A stretch of 38,075 nucleotides of DNA from an uncultured Bdellovibrionales bacterium (lineage in GTDB: Bacteria; Bdellovibrionota; Bdellovibrionia; Bdellovibrionales; UBA1609). This document shows positions 1-9,197 of this stretch, one piece after another; positions within the stretch are counted from its first letter, which is position 1, and each line of letters starts with the position of its first letter. The notes below the pieces were generated by a model, which was given only the letters and a program-made list of their open reading frames with translations, had not been told where the DNA came from and did not search any database. Where the stretch lies: contig CALGNA010000066.1 in assembly GCA_937958795.1 (NCBI GenBank), positions 1 through 38,075 on the forward strand. The letters run 5' to 3'. The position numbers and the translations under genes were made by a program.

Positions 1-459
1 ATCATGCCAGGTCATATTCATATGCCTGGAAGTGTAGGAGTTGTTTCTAGATCTGGAACTCTTACTTACGAAGCTGTTGCACAATTAACAGAACAAGACT
101 TGGGTCAAAGTACTTGCGTAGGAATCGGTGGAGACCCAGTAAATGGAACAAATTTTATTGATGTTCTAACTGAGTTTCAAAAAGACCCAGATACAGAAGC
201 TATCATTATGATTGGAGAAATAGGTGGGACTGCGGAAGAAGAGGCTGCTGACTTTATTAAAAGAGAAGTCACAAAACCGGTCTGTGCTTTCATTGCTGGA
301 TCAACAGCTCCTCCAGGCAAAAGAATGGGCCATGCTGGAGCCATCATTAGTGGCGGCGAGGGTACGGCAGAAGCTAAATTTGAAGCCTTACAGGCTGCTG
401 GTTGCCATATAGCGCGAAGTCCTGCAGACCTAGGCTTAACTTTAAAAAACAACCTTTAA
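1..459 (+). CDS. sucD: Succinyl-CoA ligase (ADP-forming) alpha subunit, C-terminal part (5' end cut by window edge)
   Basis: The frame is open from base 1 and stops with TAA at 457-459. The translation ...[19 protein letters not shown]...[14 protein letters not shown] is typical of SucD. Confidence 0.9.
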   Translation: MMPGHIHMPGSVGVVSRSGTLTYEAVAQLTEQDLGQSTCVGIGGDPVNGTNFIDVLTEFQKDPDTEAIIMIGEIGGTAEEEAADFIKREVTKPVCAFIAGSTAPPGKRMGHAGAIISGGEGTAEAKFEALQAAGCHIARSPADLGLTLKNNL

Positions 460-484
460 TTAAAACTGAAAACGGAGTTTAAAC

Positions 485-916
485 ATGGGAATTGAAAACA
501 CATTTAGTATTATTAAGCCAAATGCCATCAATAAAAATGTAATTGGTGCCATTTTAACTAAATTTGAAGAAAAAGGCCTGACTATTGCCGCTGCAAAGCT
601 GACACATTTATCAAAAGAAAAATGTGAAGAGTTTTATAAAGAACATGCGGAAAGACCTTTCTTTGGTGAGCTAGTAAGTTTCATGACGTCTGGCCCAGTG
701 ATGCTGATGGTCCTAAGCGGTGAAAATGCTGTTGCTCTGAATAGAGAAATTATGGGAGCTACAAACCCTGCTGAAGCCAACGAAGGTACTCTACGTAAAC
801 TTTTTGGTGATAATGTAGGCGAAAATGCTGTTCATGGCAGTGATAGCCCTGAAAGCGCAAGTAGAGAGATCTCTCTTTTCTTCGAGTCTAACGAAATTGT
901 AAACAAAAAGGCTTAA
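485..916 (+). CDS. ndk: Nucleoside diphosphate kinase
   Basis: 143 aa. The N-terminus TFSIIKPNA, the GATNP motif and NAVHGSDS (active-site His) are classic Ndk motifs. A GGAG lies upstream of the ATG. Confidence 0.95.
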   Translation: MGIENTFSIIKPNAINKNVIGAILTKFEEKGLTIAAAKLTHLSKEKCEEFYKEHAERPFFGELVSFMTSGPVMLMVLSGENAVALNREIMGATNPAEANEGTLRKLFGDNVGENAVHGSDSPESASREISLFFESNEIVNKKA

Positions 917-936
917 AACAGAATCTATTTTACTCC

Positions 937-960
937 TTAGGGCTGCTCTAGTGGCCCTAA
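937..960 (+). terminator. Stem-loop after ndk (TTAGGGC-N10-GCCCTAA), no clear U-tract
   Basis: A perfect 7-bp inverted repeat was read directly from the sequence 21 nt after the ndk stop. The lack of a T-run makes terminator function uncertain. Confidence 0.25.
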
Positions 961-1003
961 ATGATCTAGACATCACCGAAGAAAAGTCGTAGTTTCTATA
1001 GCT

Positions 1004-1852
1004 ATGAAAAGAATTTTAATTGCTCTCATGTCTCTATTCCTTATCAGTTGCCAATCAACACCCAGTAAAACAAGCTATAATGCTGGTCAAAAAGAACAGC
1101 TCAAAAAAAATCATCTAGAACTTGCTCAAGCTTATACTAAAAAAAATCAGTATGATAAAGCCATGGATCATTACCTCCAGCTTTTAAAAGTTTTACCAAA
1201 CGACAGTGATGGGTTTTACGGGATTGGTGAAATTTATGAAAACGTACGAGAGTATAAAAAAGCCTATTTTACCTACGTCAAAGCACTCAAACTTACGCCT
1301 AAACATTACAATGCATCCATGGCTTTAGGACGTTTGAATATCAAAAGAAAAAAACCAGAACTTACTATTAAATATCTTAAGCCACTCACTAGTACAGCTT
1401 TGGTAAGCCAAAGGCCTGACTTTAATATCCTGTATGGAAAAGCTCTTTATTTAACTAATCAAAAACCTAAAGCTAAAGCAGCCTTTTCTAAGCTCCCTAA
1501 ACAATCCGCTTGGATGTGTCCAACAAGAGTTTTTGTAGCCAAAGAAGACCTCAGAAAAGGAAACACACAGACTATTATAAAATATTTCCCTTGGATCCAA
1601 AAAAACTGTGAATCGACGAGTTCTTATGCCAATGCGCTTTACCTAAGTTCTTTAGCTCATGCTAAGACAAAAAACTTAACAACTGCTAAAATGAGATTTT
1701 TTGCTTTAAAAAACCTTTACCCCCAAAACCCTCTCACTCAACGACTAGAGTATCGTTTATTTAATGCTTCACAAACAGCCGGAAATCAAAACAATTTAAA
1801 ATCAACTAAACCAACACTTAACTCAACCTCTGGAAAAATACCTCAATCATGA
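1004..1852 (+). CDS. TPR-repeat lipoprotein, PilF/PilW-like by position (between ndk and rodZ)
   Basis: The signal peptide has a lipobox (LFLISC). TPR-like repeats are present (AQAYTKKNQYDKAMDHYLQLLKVLPND..., YKKAYFTYVKALKLTPKH). Its stop overlaps the rodZ start (ATGA at 1849-1852). Confidence 0.6.
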   Translation: MKRILIALMSLFLISCQSTPSKTSYNAGQKEQLKKNHLELAQAYTKKNQYDKAMDHYLQLLKVLPNDSDGFYGIGEIYENVREYKKAYFTYVKALKLTPKHYNASMALGRLNIKRKKPELTIKYLKPLTSTALVSQRPDFNILYGKALYLTNQKPKAKAAFSKLPKQSAWMCPTRVFVAKEDLRKGNTQTIIKYFPWIQKNCESTSSYANALYLSSLAHAKTKNLTTAKMRFFALKNLYPQNPLTQRLEYRLFNASQTAGNQNNLKSTKPTLNSTSGKIPQS

Positions 1853-2844
1853 GCTTACAAGAAACATTAATTAAAGCCAGAGAAGATAGGTCCTTAAGTC
1901 TTCAGGAAGTTTTTGAAGAGACTAAAATTTCTATTTCTGTTTTAAAACAGTTTGAAGAAGGTCGCTTTGATGAACTTCCCGCCTTTAGCTTTGCTAAAGG
2001 TCACCTTAAACATTATGCTCAGTTTCTTAACTTGGACCCTAAGCCTCTCATTGAGGAGTTAGCACAATGGAACAAAGAGCAGGATCAGCAAATACTTATA
2101 GAAACACCAAGTGTAGCAGAAAGTAACATTGATTGGATGGGACTCAATAAGTTATTGTTTCAAAAAATTCTTCCTACTTTAGGAATTTTAATTTTAATTG
2201 GCGGCCTCTTTAGTCTTTTTAAATTTTCTGAGAACCTAAATATTAGCGAAACATTAACCCCGGTCTCTAAAGTTGCAACAGATAAAATAAAAAGTTCTGA
2301 TGCTGACTTAAAAGAAACGACTAAGAAACTAACTCCAGAAGATACTGAATCATCACAAATTGCTAAAAAACTTTTGGGATCCAACATAGTTGCAACTGGA
2401 AGCGAAACACTAGCTGGAACGACTCACTCTATAAATACTGCTTTAGCCACAACTAAAAAAACTGAAGACACTACTGAAGTCGCAGCTGAAGACCCCTTTA
2501 AACATCATGTAAAAGTAGAGCCACTAGATGCAACTGTGGGCTTTATCTCTGTTGATGGAGAAAAACCTATTCGAATTTACTTTAAGCCTAATAAGATCAG
2601 GTACTTTAGAGGAAAAGAAAATATTAGTATTCAAGCTAAAGACGGAGGAGCTCTAAACTTTTTTTACAACAGAAAAAATCTTGGAGTTCTTGGTGCTTTT
2701 GGACAAAAACTTTCGGTAGAGTTTCCAAAACAAAGCCTCCCTACTGAAGACCAAAAAAATACAGACTCTACTTTACCAACAAAAGAAGAGTCTTCGCTTA
2801 ACTTACACCTCCCACCCTCTTCAGATCACACTTTATTTTCTTAG
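1849..2844 (+). CDS. rodZ: RodZ-like cytoskeleton protein (N-terminal XRE-type HTH, one TM segment, C-terminal DUF4115-like domain)
   Basis: The N-terminus LIKAREDRSLSLQEVFEETKISISVLKQFEEGRFDELPAFSFAKGHLKHYAQFLNLD matches the RodZ HTH pattern. A hydrophobic segment follows (ILPTLGILILIGGLFSLF), then a beta-rich C-terminal domain. Confidence 0.75.
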   Translation: MSLQETLIKAREDRSLSLQEVFEETKISISVLKQFEEGRFDELPAFSFAKGHLKHYAQFLNLDPKPLIEELAQWNKEQDQQILIETPSVAESNIDWMGLNKLLFQKILPTLGILILIGGLFSLFKFSENLNISETLTPVSKVATDKIKSSDADLKETTKKLTPEDTESSQIAKKLLGSNIVATGSETLAGTTHSINTALATTKKTEDTTEVAAEDPFKHHVKVEPLDATVGFISVDGEKPIRIYFKPNKIRYFRGKENISIQAKDGGALNFFYNRKNLGVLGAFGQKLSVEFPKQSLPTEDQKNTDSTLPTKEESSLNLHLPPSSDHTLFS

Positions 2845-2860
2845 TGCCTTCTATAAATAG

Positions 2861-3916
2861 ATGAAACTAACAAAATGCTTTCTCTATTTTTTCATTGTCT
2901 TATTTTTAATTTTATGTGTCTATGGCTTTTTAATTGGACATTTTTCTTTTAAAGCTTCAAAGCTTGATGTCTCTCAGTCCAACTTATCTTTTCTTCATTC
3001 ACCTGTCATTTCTGGGAATTCCTTTTACACTTACCCTGGGGTTCTATGCGTCCACTCTTCTTTAAACCATGGAAGCGCTTCTCAAGAAAAAATCTTAAAC
3101 ATTGCAAATGAGGAATCCTTATCCTTTGTTGGTTTTTTAGAAAATTTACAGAACTCAGTGCATACAAGAAATAGGAAAGTATTTCGTTTTTCTCATTCAG
3201 ACCTTAGACAAGATTTAGTTGTTGATATTAATTTAAGAAAAGTATGGAAGCTTGCCTGGAATGAAAGACGCTCTAGCTTTATTTCATCTCTATTTTTTTA
3301 CCCGTTTAATAGAAATTTAGCTTTCTTAAATCTTTATACTCAAGATACAAAAACTTTAGAGTCCTGGAAAAATACTCCATCTAAAATAAATTACCTCTGC
3401 TCTGATGCTAGATCAAAATTTAAAGTGTTTAAAGATTTCCATATTAAATTCCCCTCTTACTCTCAAGTATTTATGTTGGCAAAAAATCATATTGTCTTAA
3501 GAAAGCCTCTTTCAGGTCATAAAGATCAAGATAAAAAAATTCTTCTTTCTGCATTAAATAAAGGGCAATTTTTTTACTCATTAGATCTTTTAGGTGTACC
3601 TAAAGGTTTTTCTTTTTTTGCAAACCACATTAATTCTCAGTCAAAAACTCTTATGGGCAACATGATAAGCCAAGAGTCTTTAAAACCCATTGAACTTACA
3701 GTCACAACTCCTCTAGAAACAACAAGACCACTTAAAATACAAATTTTTCGCAATGGCTTTCTTGTAAAAGAAACTCTGAATCAAAAAAGTATAAAATTTA
3801 AAACCTCTGAAGCAGGTTATTATAAAACCCTTATTTCTACTAAGCCAAGCTGGCCATGGCCCTTTAAACAAAAATGGGTTCCATGGGTTTTTTCTAATGC
3901 TATAGAAATTAATTAG
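2861..3916 (+). CDS. Hypothetical N-terminally membrane-anchored protein
   Basis: 351-aa ORF with an N-terminal TM/signal anchor (FLYFFIVLFLILCVYGFLIG). I recognise no family with confidence. A weak PHP-like string (LCVHSSLNHGSAS) is listed under rejected items. Confidence 0.55.
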   Translation: MKLTKCFLYFFIVLFLILCVYGFLIGHFSFKASKLDVSQSNLSFLHSPVISGNSFYTYPGVLCVHSSLNHGSASQEKILNIANEESLSFVGFLENLQNSVHTRNRKVFRFSHSDLRQDLVVDINLRKVWKLAWNERRSSFISSLFFYPFNRNLAFLNLYTQDTKTLESWKNTPSKINYLCSDARSKFKVFKDFHIKFPSYSQVFMLAKNHIVLRKPLSGHKDQDKKILLSALNKGQFFYSLDLLGVPKGFSFFANHINSQSKTLMGNMISQESLKPIELTVTTPLETTRPLKIQIFRNGFLVKETLNQKSIKFKTSEAGYYKTLISTKPSWPWPFKQKWVPWVFSNAIEIN

Positions 3917-3920
3917 CACT

Positions 3921-4526
3921 CTAAAACAAGGCAAATTGCTTTGGTTGTTTTATAATTTCTGGAAATTCATATGGTTTTCTAGGAGTTAACCCTGCGATAT
4001 AATCCCAACTCAGATCTGAAGATTGGTTCAATTGCTTTAAAATTTTTAAAAAGACTCTTCCACAATAAGTAGCATCTTCATGAGCTCTATGCAGAGTCCC
4101 TAGCGGGATATTTAAATGCTGGGCAACAGTACTAAGCTTATAATTTAATAAACCAGGAAATGCGACTTTCCCAAGTGCATAGGTATCGTAGACTTTTCCT
4201 TTTGGACCAGAAATTTCATATTTTTTATAATCGCTTAGCAAAAACTGATAATCAAAAGCAGAGTTATGAGCAACCAAAGGAAGGTCACCACAAAACTGTG
4301 CAAATGGAGCAAGCAAGGTTTCGACAAGTGGCATCCCACTTACCATTTCATTTGTAATCTTATTAACCTTTGTGGCTTCTTCAGGAATAGAACGACAAGG
4401 GTCAACTAAGGTTGAGTAAATTTCATCAACCTTACCACCTACAAATTTTACAGCTCCAATCTCAACAATACTGTCTATTCCTGCCACAGTTCCTGTCGTC
4501 TCTAAATCAAAAGCTATAAAATTCAT
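3921..4526 (-). CDS. DEDDh 3'-5' exonuclease (DnaQ / Pol III epsilon-like)
   Basis: The three exonuclease motifs are present: FDLETTG (Exo I), AHNSAFDYQFL (Exo II), HRAHEDATY (Exo III). Confidence 0.85.
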   Translation of the reverse strand: MNFIAFDLETTGTVAGIDSIVEIGAVKFVGGKVDEIYSTLVDPCRSIPEEATKVNKITNEMVSGMPLVETLLAPFAQFCGDLPLVAHNSAFDYQFLLSDYKKYEISGPKGKVYDTYALGKVAFPGLLNYKLSTVAQHLNIPLGTLHRAHEDATYCGRVFLKILKQLNQSSDLSWDYIAGLTPRKPYEFPEIIKQPKQFALF

Positions 4527-4575
4527 TCGTCTACTCTCCTATAAGCTAATAGAGTCTTGCTTAAAAGGCTTAGAG

Positions 4576-6273
4576 TCAACTTTTAGCTTTATGGTTTAAG
4601 GGCATTCTTCTTCCACGTCCAAATGCATGTTGAGATACTTTAAGTATGGGCGGAGATTGCCATCTTTTAAATTCTGTTTGATAGAGTTTTGTTAAAACCC
4701 ATTTTTCAATTTCAGTATTTGCTGCTTGTCTTTTAATAATAATTTTCTGAATTGCTGCATCTAACTCTTCATAGGATGGCAAAGAATCTTCATCTTTTTG
4801 ACCCTCACGCAGTTCTGCACTTGGTGGCCTTTTAATAACCTCAGAAGTTAGACCCTGTTTTTCTTGCATTAAAAATTTTGACAATGCAAAAACCTGAGTC
4901 TTTAGTAAATCTCCGATGGGGTTGTAAGCCGAACATAGATCTCCATACAAAGTTGCATAACCAACAGCTAATTCTGATTTATTTGAAGTCCCAATTAAAA
5001 GTGATTTATTGCTATTGGAATAGGCCATTAGAATATTGGCTCTTATGCGTGCCTGAATATTTTCATGTGTTAATCCAAAAGCCTTAGGTATAATATCTGT
5101 CGATACTTCTCCAATATAAAATTCAAAAATAGCCTGAATGCTTTGCTCAATGTATTTAAATTCAAGGTTATTTTTTAAGTCTTTAACTATTTTATCACTT
5201 AAGTCTGAAGAAAACTTAGAAGGCATATACAAGCAAGTGACATTTTCTTTACCAAAAGTATCAACACATAACTGGGCAACCAAAGCAGAATCAAGCCCCC
5301 CACTGAGTCCTAAATGAACTTTTTGAAAACCAGCCAAATGAACATAGCTTTTGAGCCCAAACTTTAATGCCTCATATAATTGTTCTTCAGTATCAGGCTT
5401 TATGTGGACTTCAGGTAAGTCTATTTTTGATAAGTTTTGTTTTTTCTCTTTGTCCAATAGATCTAACTCAAAGCACTTAAACTCTTCCTTGAATAAATCT
5501 CCTATCCAAACTGGCTTGCCTTCTTTATTTGTCACCACAGATGAGCCGTCAAAAACCGTTTCGTCTTGCCCTGCAATTTGATTCACATAAACCATGGGCG
5601 CTTCAAAATGCTGAGATGTTTCGCTAATGACTCTTAACCTTGTTTTCTGTTTATTAAACCAGTACGGAGAGGCACTTAAATTGACAATAAGATCTACGGA
5701 ATCTTTTTGATGCTTCAGAGGGTTTTCAGGATAGTAGGATTGGCCCTTTAAATTTTCCCAGGCCCAAATATCTTCACAAATCGTCACAAGAATAGTGTGA
5801 CCTTTCCATATGAGTGTTTGAGGATAATTTAGAGGGTTTGGTTCTATATGCCTGGCCTCATCAAAAATATCATATGTTGGAAGTAAGGTCTTATGAAAAA
5901 CAGTTTCAAAGTTTGATCCATTCCAAAAAAATGCTGAGTTATAAAAGGGCTTACCTTTTAAACTTGGGTTTAAACTTAAGCCCCCAATAAAAATGCCAAT
6001 ACCTGGGTTCAAATTTTCTTTTAAGTAATATTCTAACTCTTTTAAAACATTCAGTTGATCAAGAATAATGGATTTTCTTTCTAAAAGATCCGCTGGATAG
6101 TAACCCATCAAAGTACATTCAGGAAAAACTATAATATCTGGGTTTTCAGCTTTTATTTTTTCAATAGAATCTATAACTTTTTGTTTGTTGGCATCAAAAT
6201 CACCTAAACTTAGCTCTACCTGACAAACACCGATTTTAAGGCTTTTTTCAATTAACTGATTTTCTTGATTCAT
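4576..6273 (-). CDS. nadE: Glutamine-dependent NAD+ synthetase (CN-hydrolase domain + NAD synthase domain)
   Basis: 565 aa. The N-terminal nitrilase-type motifs are VFPECTL.GY and TICEDIW. The C-terminal domain has the PP-loop GLSGGLDSA. Confidence 0.9.
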   Translation of the reverse strand: MNQENQLIEKSLKIGVCQVELSLGDFDANKQKVIDSIEKIKAENPDIIVFPECTLMGYYPADLLERKSIILDQLNVLKELEYYLKENLNPGIGIFIGGLSLNPSLKGKPFYNSAFFWNGSNFETVFHKTLLPTYDIFDEARHIEPNPLNYPQTLIWKGHTILVTICEDIWAWENLKGQSYYPENPLKHQKDSVDLIVNLSASPYWFNKQKTRLRVISETSQHFEAPMVYVNQIAGQDETVFDGSSVVTNKEGKPVWIGDLFKEEFKCFELDLLDKEKKQNLSKIDLPEVHIKPDTEEQLYEALKFGLKSYVHLAGFQKVHLGLSGGLDSALVAQLCVDTFGKENVTCLYMPSKFSSDLSDKIVKDLKNNLEFKYIEQSIQAIFEFYIGEVSTDIIPKAFGLTHENIQARIRANILMAYSNSNKSLLIGTSNKSELAVGYATLYGDLCSAYNPIGDLLKTQVFALSKFLMQEKQGLTSEVIKRPPSAELREGQKDEDSLPSYEELDAAIQKIIIKRQAANTEIEKWVLTKLYQTEFKRWQSPPILKVSQHAFGRGRRMPLNHKAKS

Positions 6274-6292
6274 TTTGCTAGTCTAATCAGAA

Positions 6293-7294
6293 CTAGTCCG
6301 CATTCCAACCCTTTCTTATTGAGATGGCTTGCATTGTTAGGAAAATCACAAAACCTAGAATCATAAGCAACATTAGAATTCTCTTAATCCACTTTAGGGG
6401 GTTAAATTTGAGATCACCTATCTCTGGGCCTGTTTTATCTGATGTTTCTGTTTTAATTTCAAAACTTTGTGCTTTTTCATTGTTTTGATTTTCGATTTTA
6501 ATCGTTTTTGAAGTAAATCTTTGATTTTGCTCTTTATCTATTTCCTGGACGCCAACAATGGAGCGGACCCCTTCACCACTGGTATTCCCAAAAGAGCCTC
6601 CAGATGATGATCTTGAGTTTCCATTCCTAAAGCCTTCATCATCATTCTTTGAATTAGACCCTGAACTAGCCGTTTCAGCTGAGTCTCCTCCACCTGACTT
6701 ATTAAACTCGGCAAGTTCTCCTCTTCCGGCAGCAGACGATCCTCCAGATCCACCCGAGCCTTCTGTTGCACCACCACCAGAGCCTACTCGCGACCTACCA
6801 CTTGTTGATGGACTTCCACTTCTGGATCGAGGGGATGATGATGAGGCTCCTCCGCTAGAAGACCCTCCGCCAGTAGCTCCTCCCGAATTTCCAATATTAA
6901 TGGGTCTTCCTGTTACTAAAGTAAAAGCCTGGTACTGACTATCGCATCTACCAGAAGGGGTCAGACCCCAGGGAAGCTCCCCTCTTTGTACAAGACAGAC
7001 AACATAATCACCTAAATAATTATCAAACCACTGCTTAAAAGAATCATTTAATTGGTAGTTTAAACCCCACACAAGAATCAAACTCACAACGGCAAGGAGA
7101 ATGAACTCTACACTAGCTTGCCCTTTAGGAAAGCGAGAAATAGGACCAGCCGCTTGTACTTTGGGAATGCCAGAAACAAAACCAGGCACACGGCCTTTTG
7201 TTGATTCTAGATTTAAGTCTTGTTCGATACCTAAATCACAAGCACTTAAAAGCCGATAGTTTTTTGTGAAGTACTTTTTAGGATCCTTTTTCAT
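6293..7294 (-). CDS. Pilin/TadE-like membrane protein with Gly/Ser-rich low-complexity core and C-terminal TM anchor
   Basis: A class-III signal-like motif KG-QASV-EF-ILLAVVSLILVWG nearly matches the mature N-terminus of the flp product. A long G/S/R-rich tract follows, then a C-terminal hydrophobic segment (ILMLLMILGFVIFLTMQAI). The ATG at 7294 overlaps the divergent gene at 7266. An in-frame GTG at 7189 would give a 24-aa leader and remove the overlap. Confidence 0.6.
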   Translation of the reverse strand: MKKDPKKYFTKNYRLLSACDLGIEQDLNLESTKGRVPGFVSGIPKVQAAGPISRFPKGQASVEFILLAVVSLILVWGLNYQLNDSFKQWFDNYLGDYVVCLVQRGELPWGLTPSGRCDSQYQAFTLVTGRPINIGNSGGATGGGSSSGGASSSSPRSRSGSPSTSGRSRVGSGGGATEGSGGSGGSSAAGRGELAEFNKSGGGDSAETASSGSNSKNDDEGFRNGNSRSSSGGSFGNTSGEGVRSIVGVQEIDKEQNQRFTSKTIKIENQNNEKAQSFEIKTETSDKTGPEIGDLKFNPLKWIKRILMLLMILGFVIFLTMQAISIRKGWNAD

Positions 7295-8387
7295 ATTTAT
7301 TAGCTTAACTCATGCTTGTGTAAGCCACGCTTCTAACAGTTTGAATCACGCCCAAAGTCTTTATAATTCCAGACAATACTCCAAAGTTATAAAAAAACTC
7401 CAACCCTATTTTAAGCGGTTAGACTATCAACATTTACTTTTGCTTTCATTTGCATATGAAAAAAAAGGCCTCTACTTAGATCAAATCAATTGCTTAAAAA
7501 AAGCTCTTAAACTTAACAAACAAGCTGCCTTTTCACTTCAAGTTAAACTTGTAGAGGTTTACTTAAATTTAGCTGAAAATGGTTTGCCAATATATTCTCA
7601 AATAAATAAAAGCCTTGGCTTAAGCGCAGAAAGTCGCTCCTATGATTACTCTGGACTCTATACTCTTGAAGCTCAAAAATATATTTACAATTTACATACA
7701 ACCTATCCTAAACATCAAAAAGTATGGGAGCTCAAAATTAAGAGCCTTCTTTTAGATGGAAACACAACAGATATTGTTTCAAGCATCCAAGAATCAAAAA
7801 AACACAATCCACATTTATCAAAAGATCTTAATAGACATCTCTGTGTGTGGTCTTCTAAAACAGGCTATACAAAATTTATTTATGAAAGCTGCCAGCGAGC
7901 TCTTCATGAAAACAAAAGAGATGAAAAACTTTATTTAGGATATTGGGATTGGTTAAACAGTCAAAATGATACATTGAAGAGAAAAAATTTTTTAAACAAA
8001 GCTCTCATAATTTTTCCAAAATCTACAAAATGGCTTGATATCGCATATCATTCTACGAACTTAAATTATACAGAACTTCAAAAAAAGAAATGGCTAGAGC
8101 GTTGGATCTCTCTAGATCCTAACTATACAAGTTATTACAAAAAAGCTCTCTATTTATTTAAAAGCAAGGACTACAAAAAGGCCCTTACTTATTTTGAGAA
8201 AGCTTGCCACAAAATCAAAAGACCGCCTCAAGAGTTTTTACATGATTTTCAAAAAAGCATGAACGACTTAAGGCTAAAACAAAACTCTATATCTAAAAAT
8301 TATTATAAATCTTGGAATGAATGCAAAGTTCTAAAGTCAGATATCACCTACAAAGACCGACTCGCTCAAGAGGAGACTTCTCTTTAA
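7266..8387 (+). CDS. Secreted TPR-like repeat protein
   Basis: It has a GTG start and a signal peptide (FLGSFFIFISLTHACVSHA). The body is helical-repeat-like and rich in Y/K/L (AQSLYNSRQYSKVIKKL..., YKKALYLFKSKDYKKALTYFEKA). Confidence 0.55.
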   Translation: MKYFLGSFFIFISLTHACVSHASNSLNHAQSLYNSRQYSKVIKKLQPYFKRLDYQHLLLLSFAYEKKGLYLDQINCLKKALKLNKQAAFSLQVKLVEVYLNLAENGLPIYSQINKSLGLSAESRSYDYSGLYTLEAQKYIYNLHTTYPKHQKVWELKIKSLLLDGNTTDIVSSIQESKKHNPHLSKDLNRHLCVWSSKTGYTKFIYESCQRALHENKRDEKLYLGYWDWLNSQNDTLKRKNFLNKALIIFPKSTKWLDIAYHSTNLNYTELQKKKWLERWISLDPNYTSYYKKALYLFKSKDYKKALTYFEKACHKIKRPPQEFLHDFQKSMNDLRLKQNSISKNYYKSWNECKVLKSDITYKDRLAQEETSL

Positions 8388-8406
8388 CTTCTCTTCAAAT
8401 GCTCTT

Positions 8407-8907
8407 TTAGAGTTTTTCTAGATAACTGCTTTCACCTTTAAAAAAAGGGACAAGGGGACTCTCAGCATTCAGATGAACAAAGAACTCTTTATACTGTTCT
8501 AAAATTTTATTTTCTATAGACAATATCCCATTTATACCACCATGACAAAATTGGACTTCAAGTAGGGAAGATTTTTCTTGTTTCAAATAAACCTGAAGAT
8601 GACTGACCCCATCAGTTAAGCTCTCAAATGAAAAGGCATAGGTATTCTTATAAAACAGCTCTTTTTTTAAGGCATACAACTTATCTATAAAATTATCGGC
8701 TGAATCAAAAAATTGACAGATACTATTATCAACATCTGTTTTCAATTTAAAGTTTTGCTGGAATTCTAAAAAAGCATACATGCCACCTAAAGTGGTTTGA
8801 GAGCAGTCTAAAATCCGAATTATCTGATCTTTATTATTCAAACAAAAATCATTCAGTAACTGAATACCTGTAGCGTAGGTTTTATTTTCTAAAATGATTA
8901 AATTCAT
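8407..8907 (-). CDS. Hypothetical cytoplasmic protein, divergent from flp
   Basis: 166-aa ORF with no signal peptide and no family I recognise. It is called only on ORF length and its fit between neighbouring genes. Confidence 0.45.
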   Translation of the reverse strand: MNLIILENKTYATGIQLLNDFCLNNKDQIIRILDCSQTTLGGMYAFLEFQQNFKLKTDVDNSICQFFDSADNFIDKLYALKKELFYKNTYAFSFESLTDGVSHLQVYLKQEKSSLLEVQFCHGGINGILSIENKILEQYKEFFVHLNAESPLVPFFKGESSYLEKL

Positions 8908-9080
8908 AGCGGCTCCAAAATTAACGACAAGACAAAAGTTTAAAGCTTATATCTTGCTTATTAAACACTTTTATATTCATCATCCATAAATCCTTTTGCT
9001 AAAAGAGGCAATATCTAAAGCCCTGATCGCAACACTTTACTCACAGTCTGCTGAGCCTTTTATATTAATAATCCCATTTT

Positions 9081-9162
9081 GATAATATTATCTGACTTAA
9101 ATTGTTTTTGTTTTACTATTAAGCCGATAGATTTTCATAGGTTAAATCTTAATTATGAAATC
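9081..9162. promoter_or_regulatory. Candidate operator inverted repeats in the flp upstream region
   Basis: A perfect 12-bp palindrome GATAATATTATC lies at 9081-9092. An imperfect inverted repeat GATTTTCATA-N14-TATGAAATC lies at 9130-9162, 36-117 nt upstream of the flp ATG. Both sit in AT-rich DNA, so chance occurrence is possible. Confidence 0.2.
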
Positions 9163-9197
9163 TATCTTGATATATGTACAAAAAGCAGGAGTTATTT

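Noticed and set aside
3030-3120. A PHP-domain-like string LCVHSSLNHGSASQEKILNIA in the 2861..3916 product (compare HxHxxxSxDG....E....A).
   Set aside because: The first His is replaced by Cys. I could not locate the remaining PHP metal-binding motifs. This is too weak for a functional call without a profile search.
6538-6938. Two long ORFs: 6558..6938 on the + strand (Pro/Glu/Asp-rich) and 6538..6777 on the - strand in another frame.
   Set aside because: Both lie inside the GC-rich Gly/Ser-coding tract of the 6293..7294 gene. GGN/AGC-rich repeats keep alternative frames open. They are shadow ORFs with no start context of their own.
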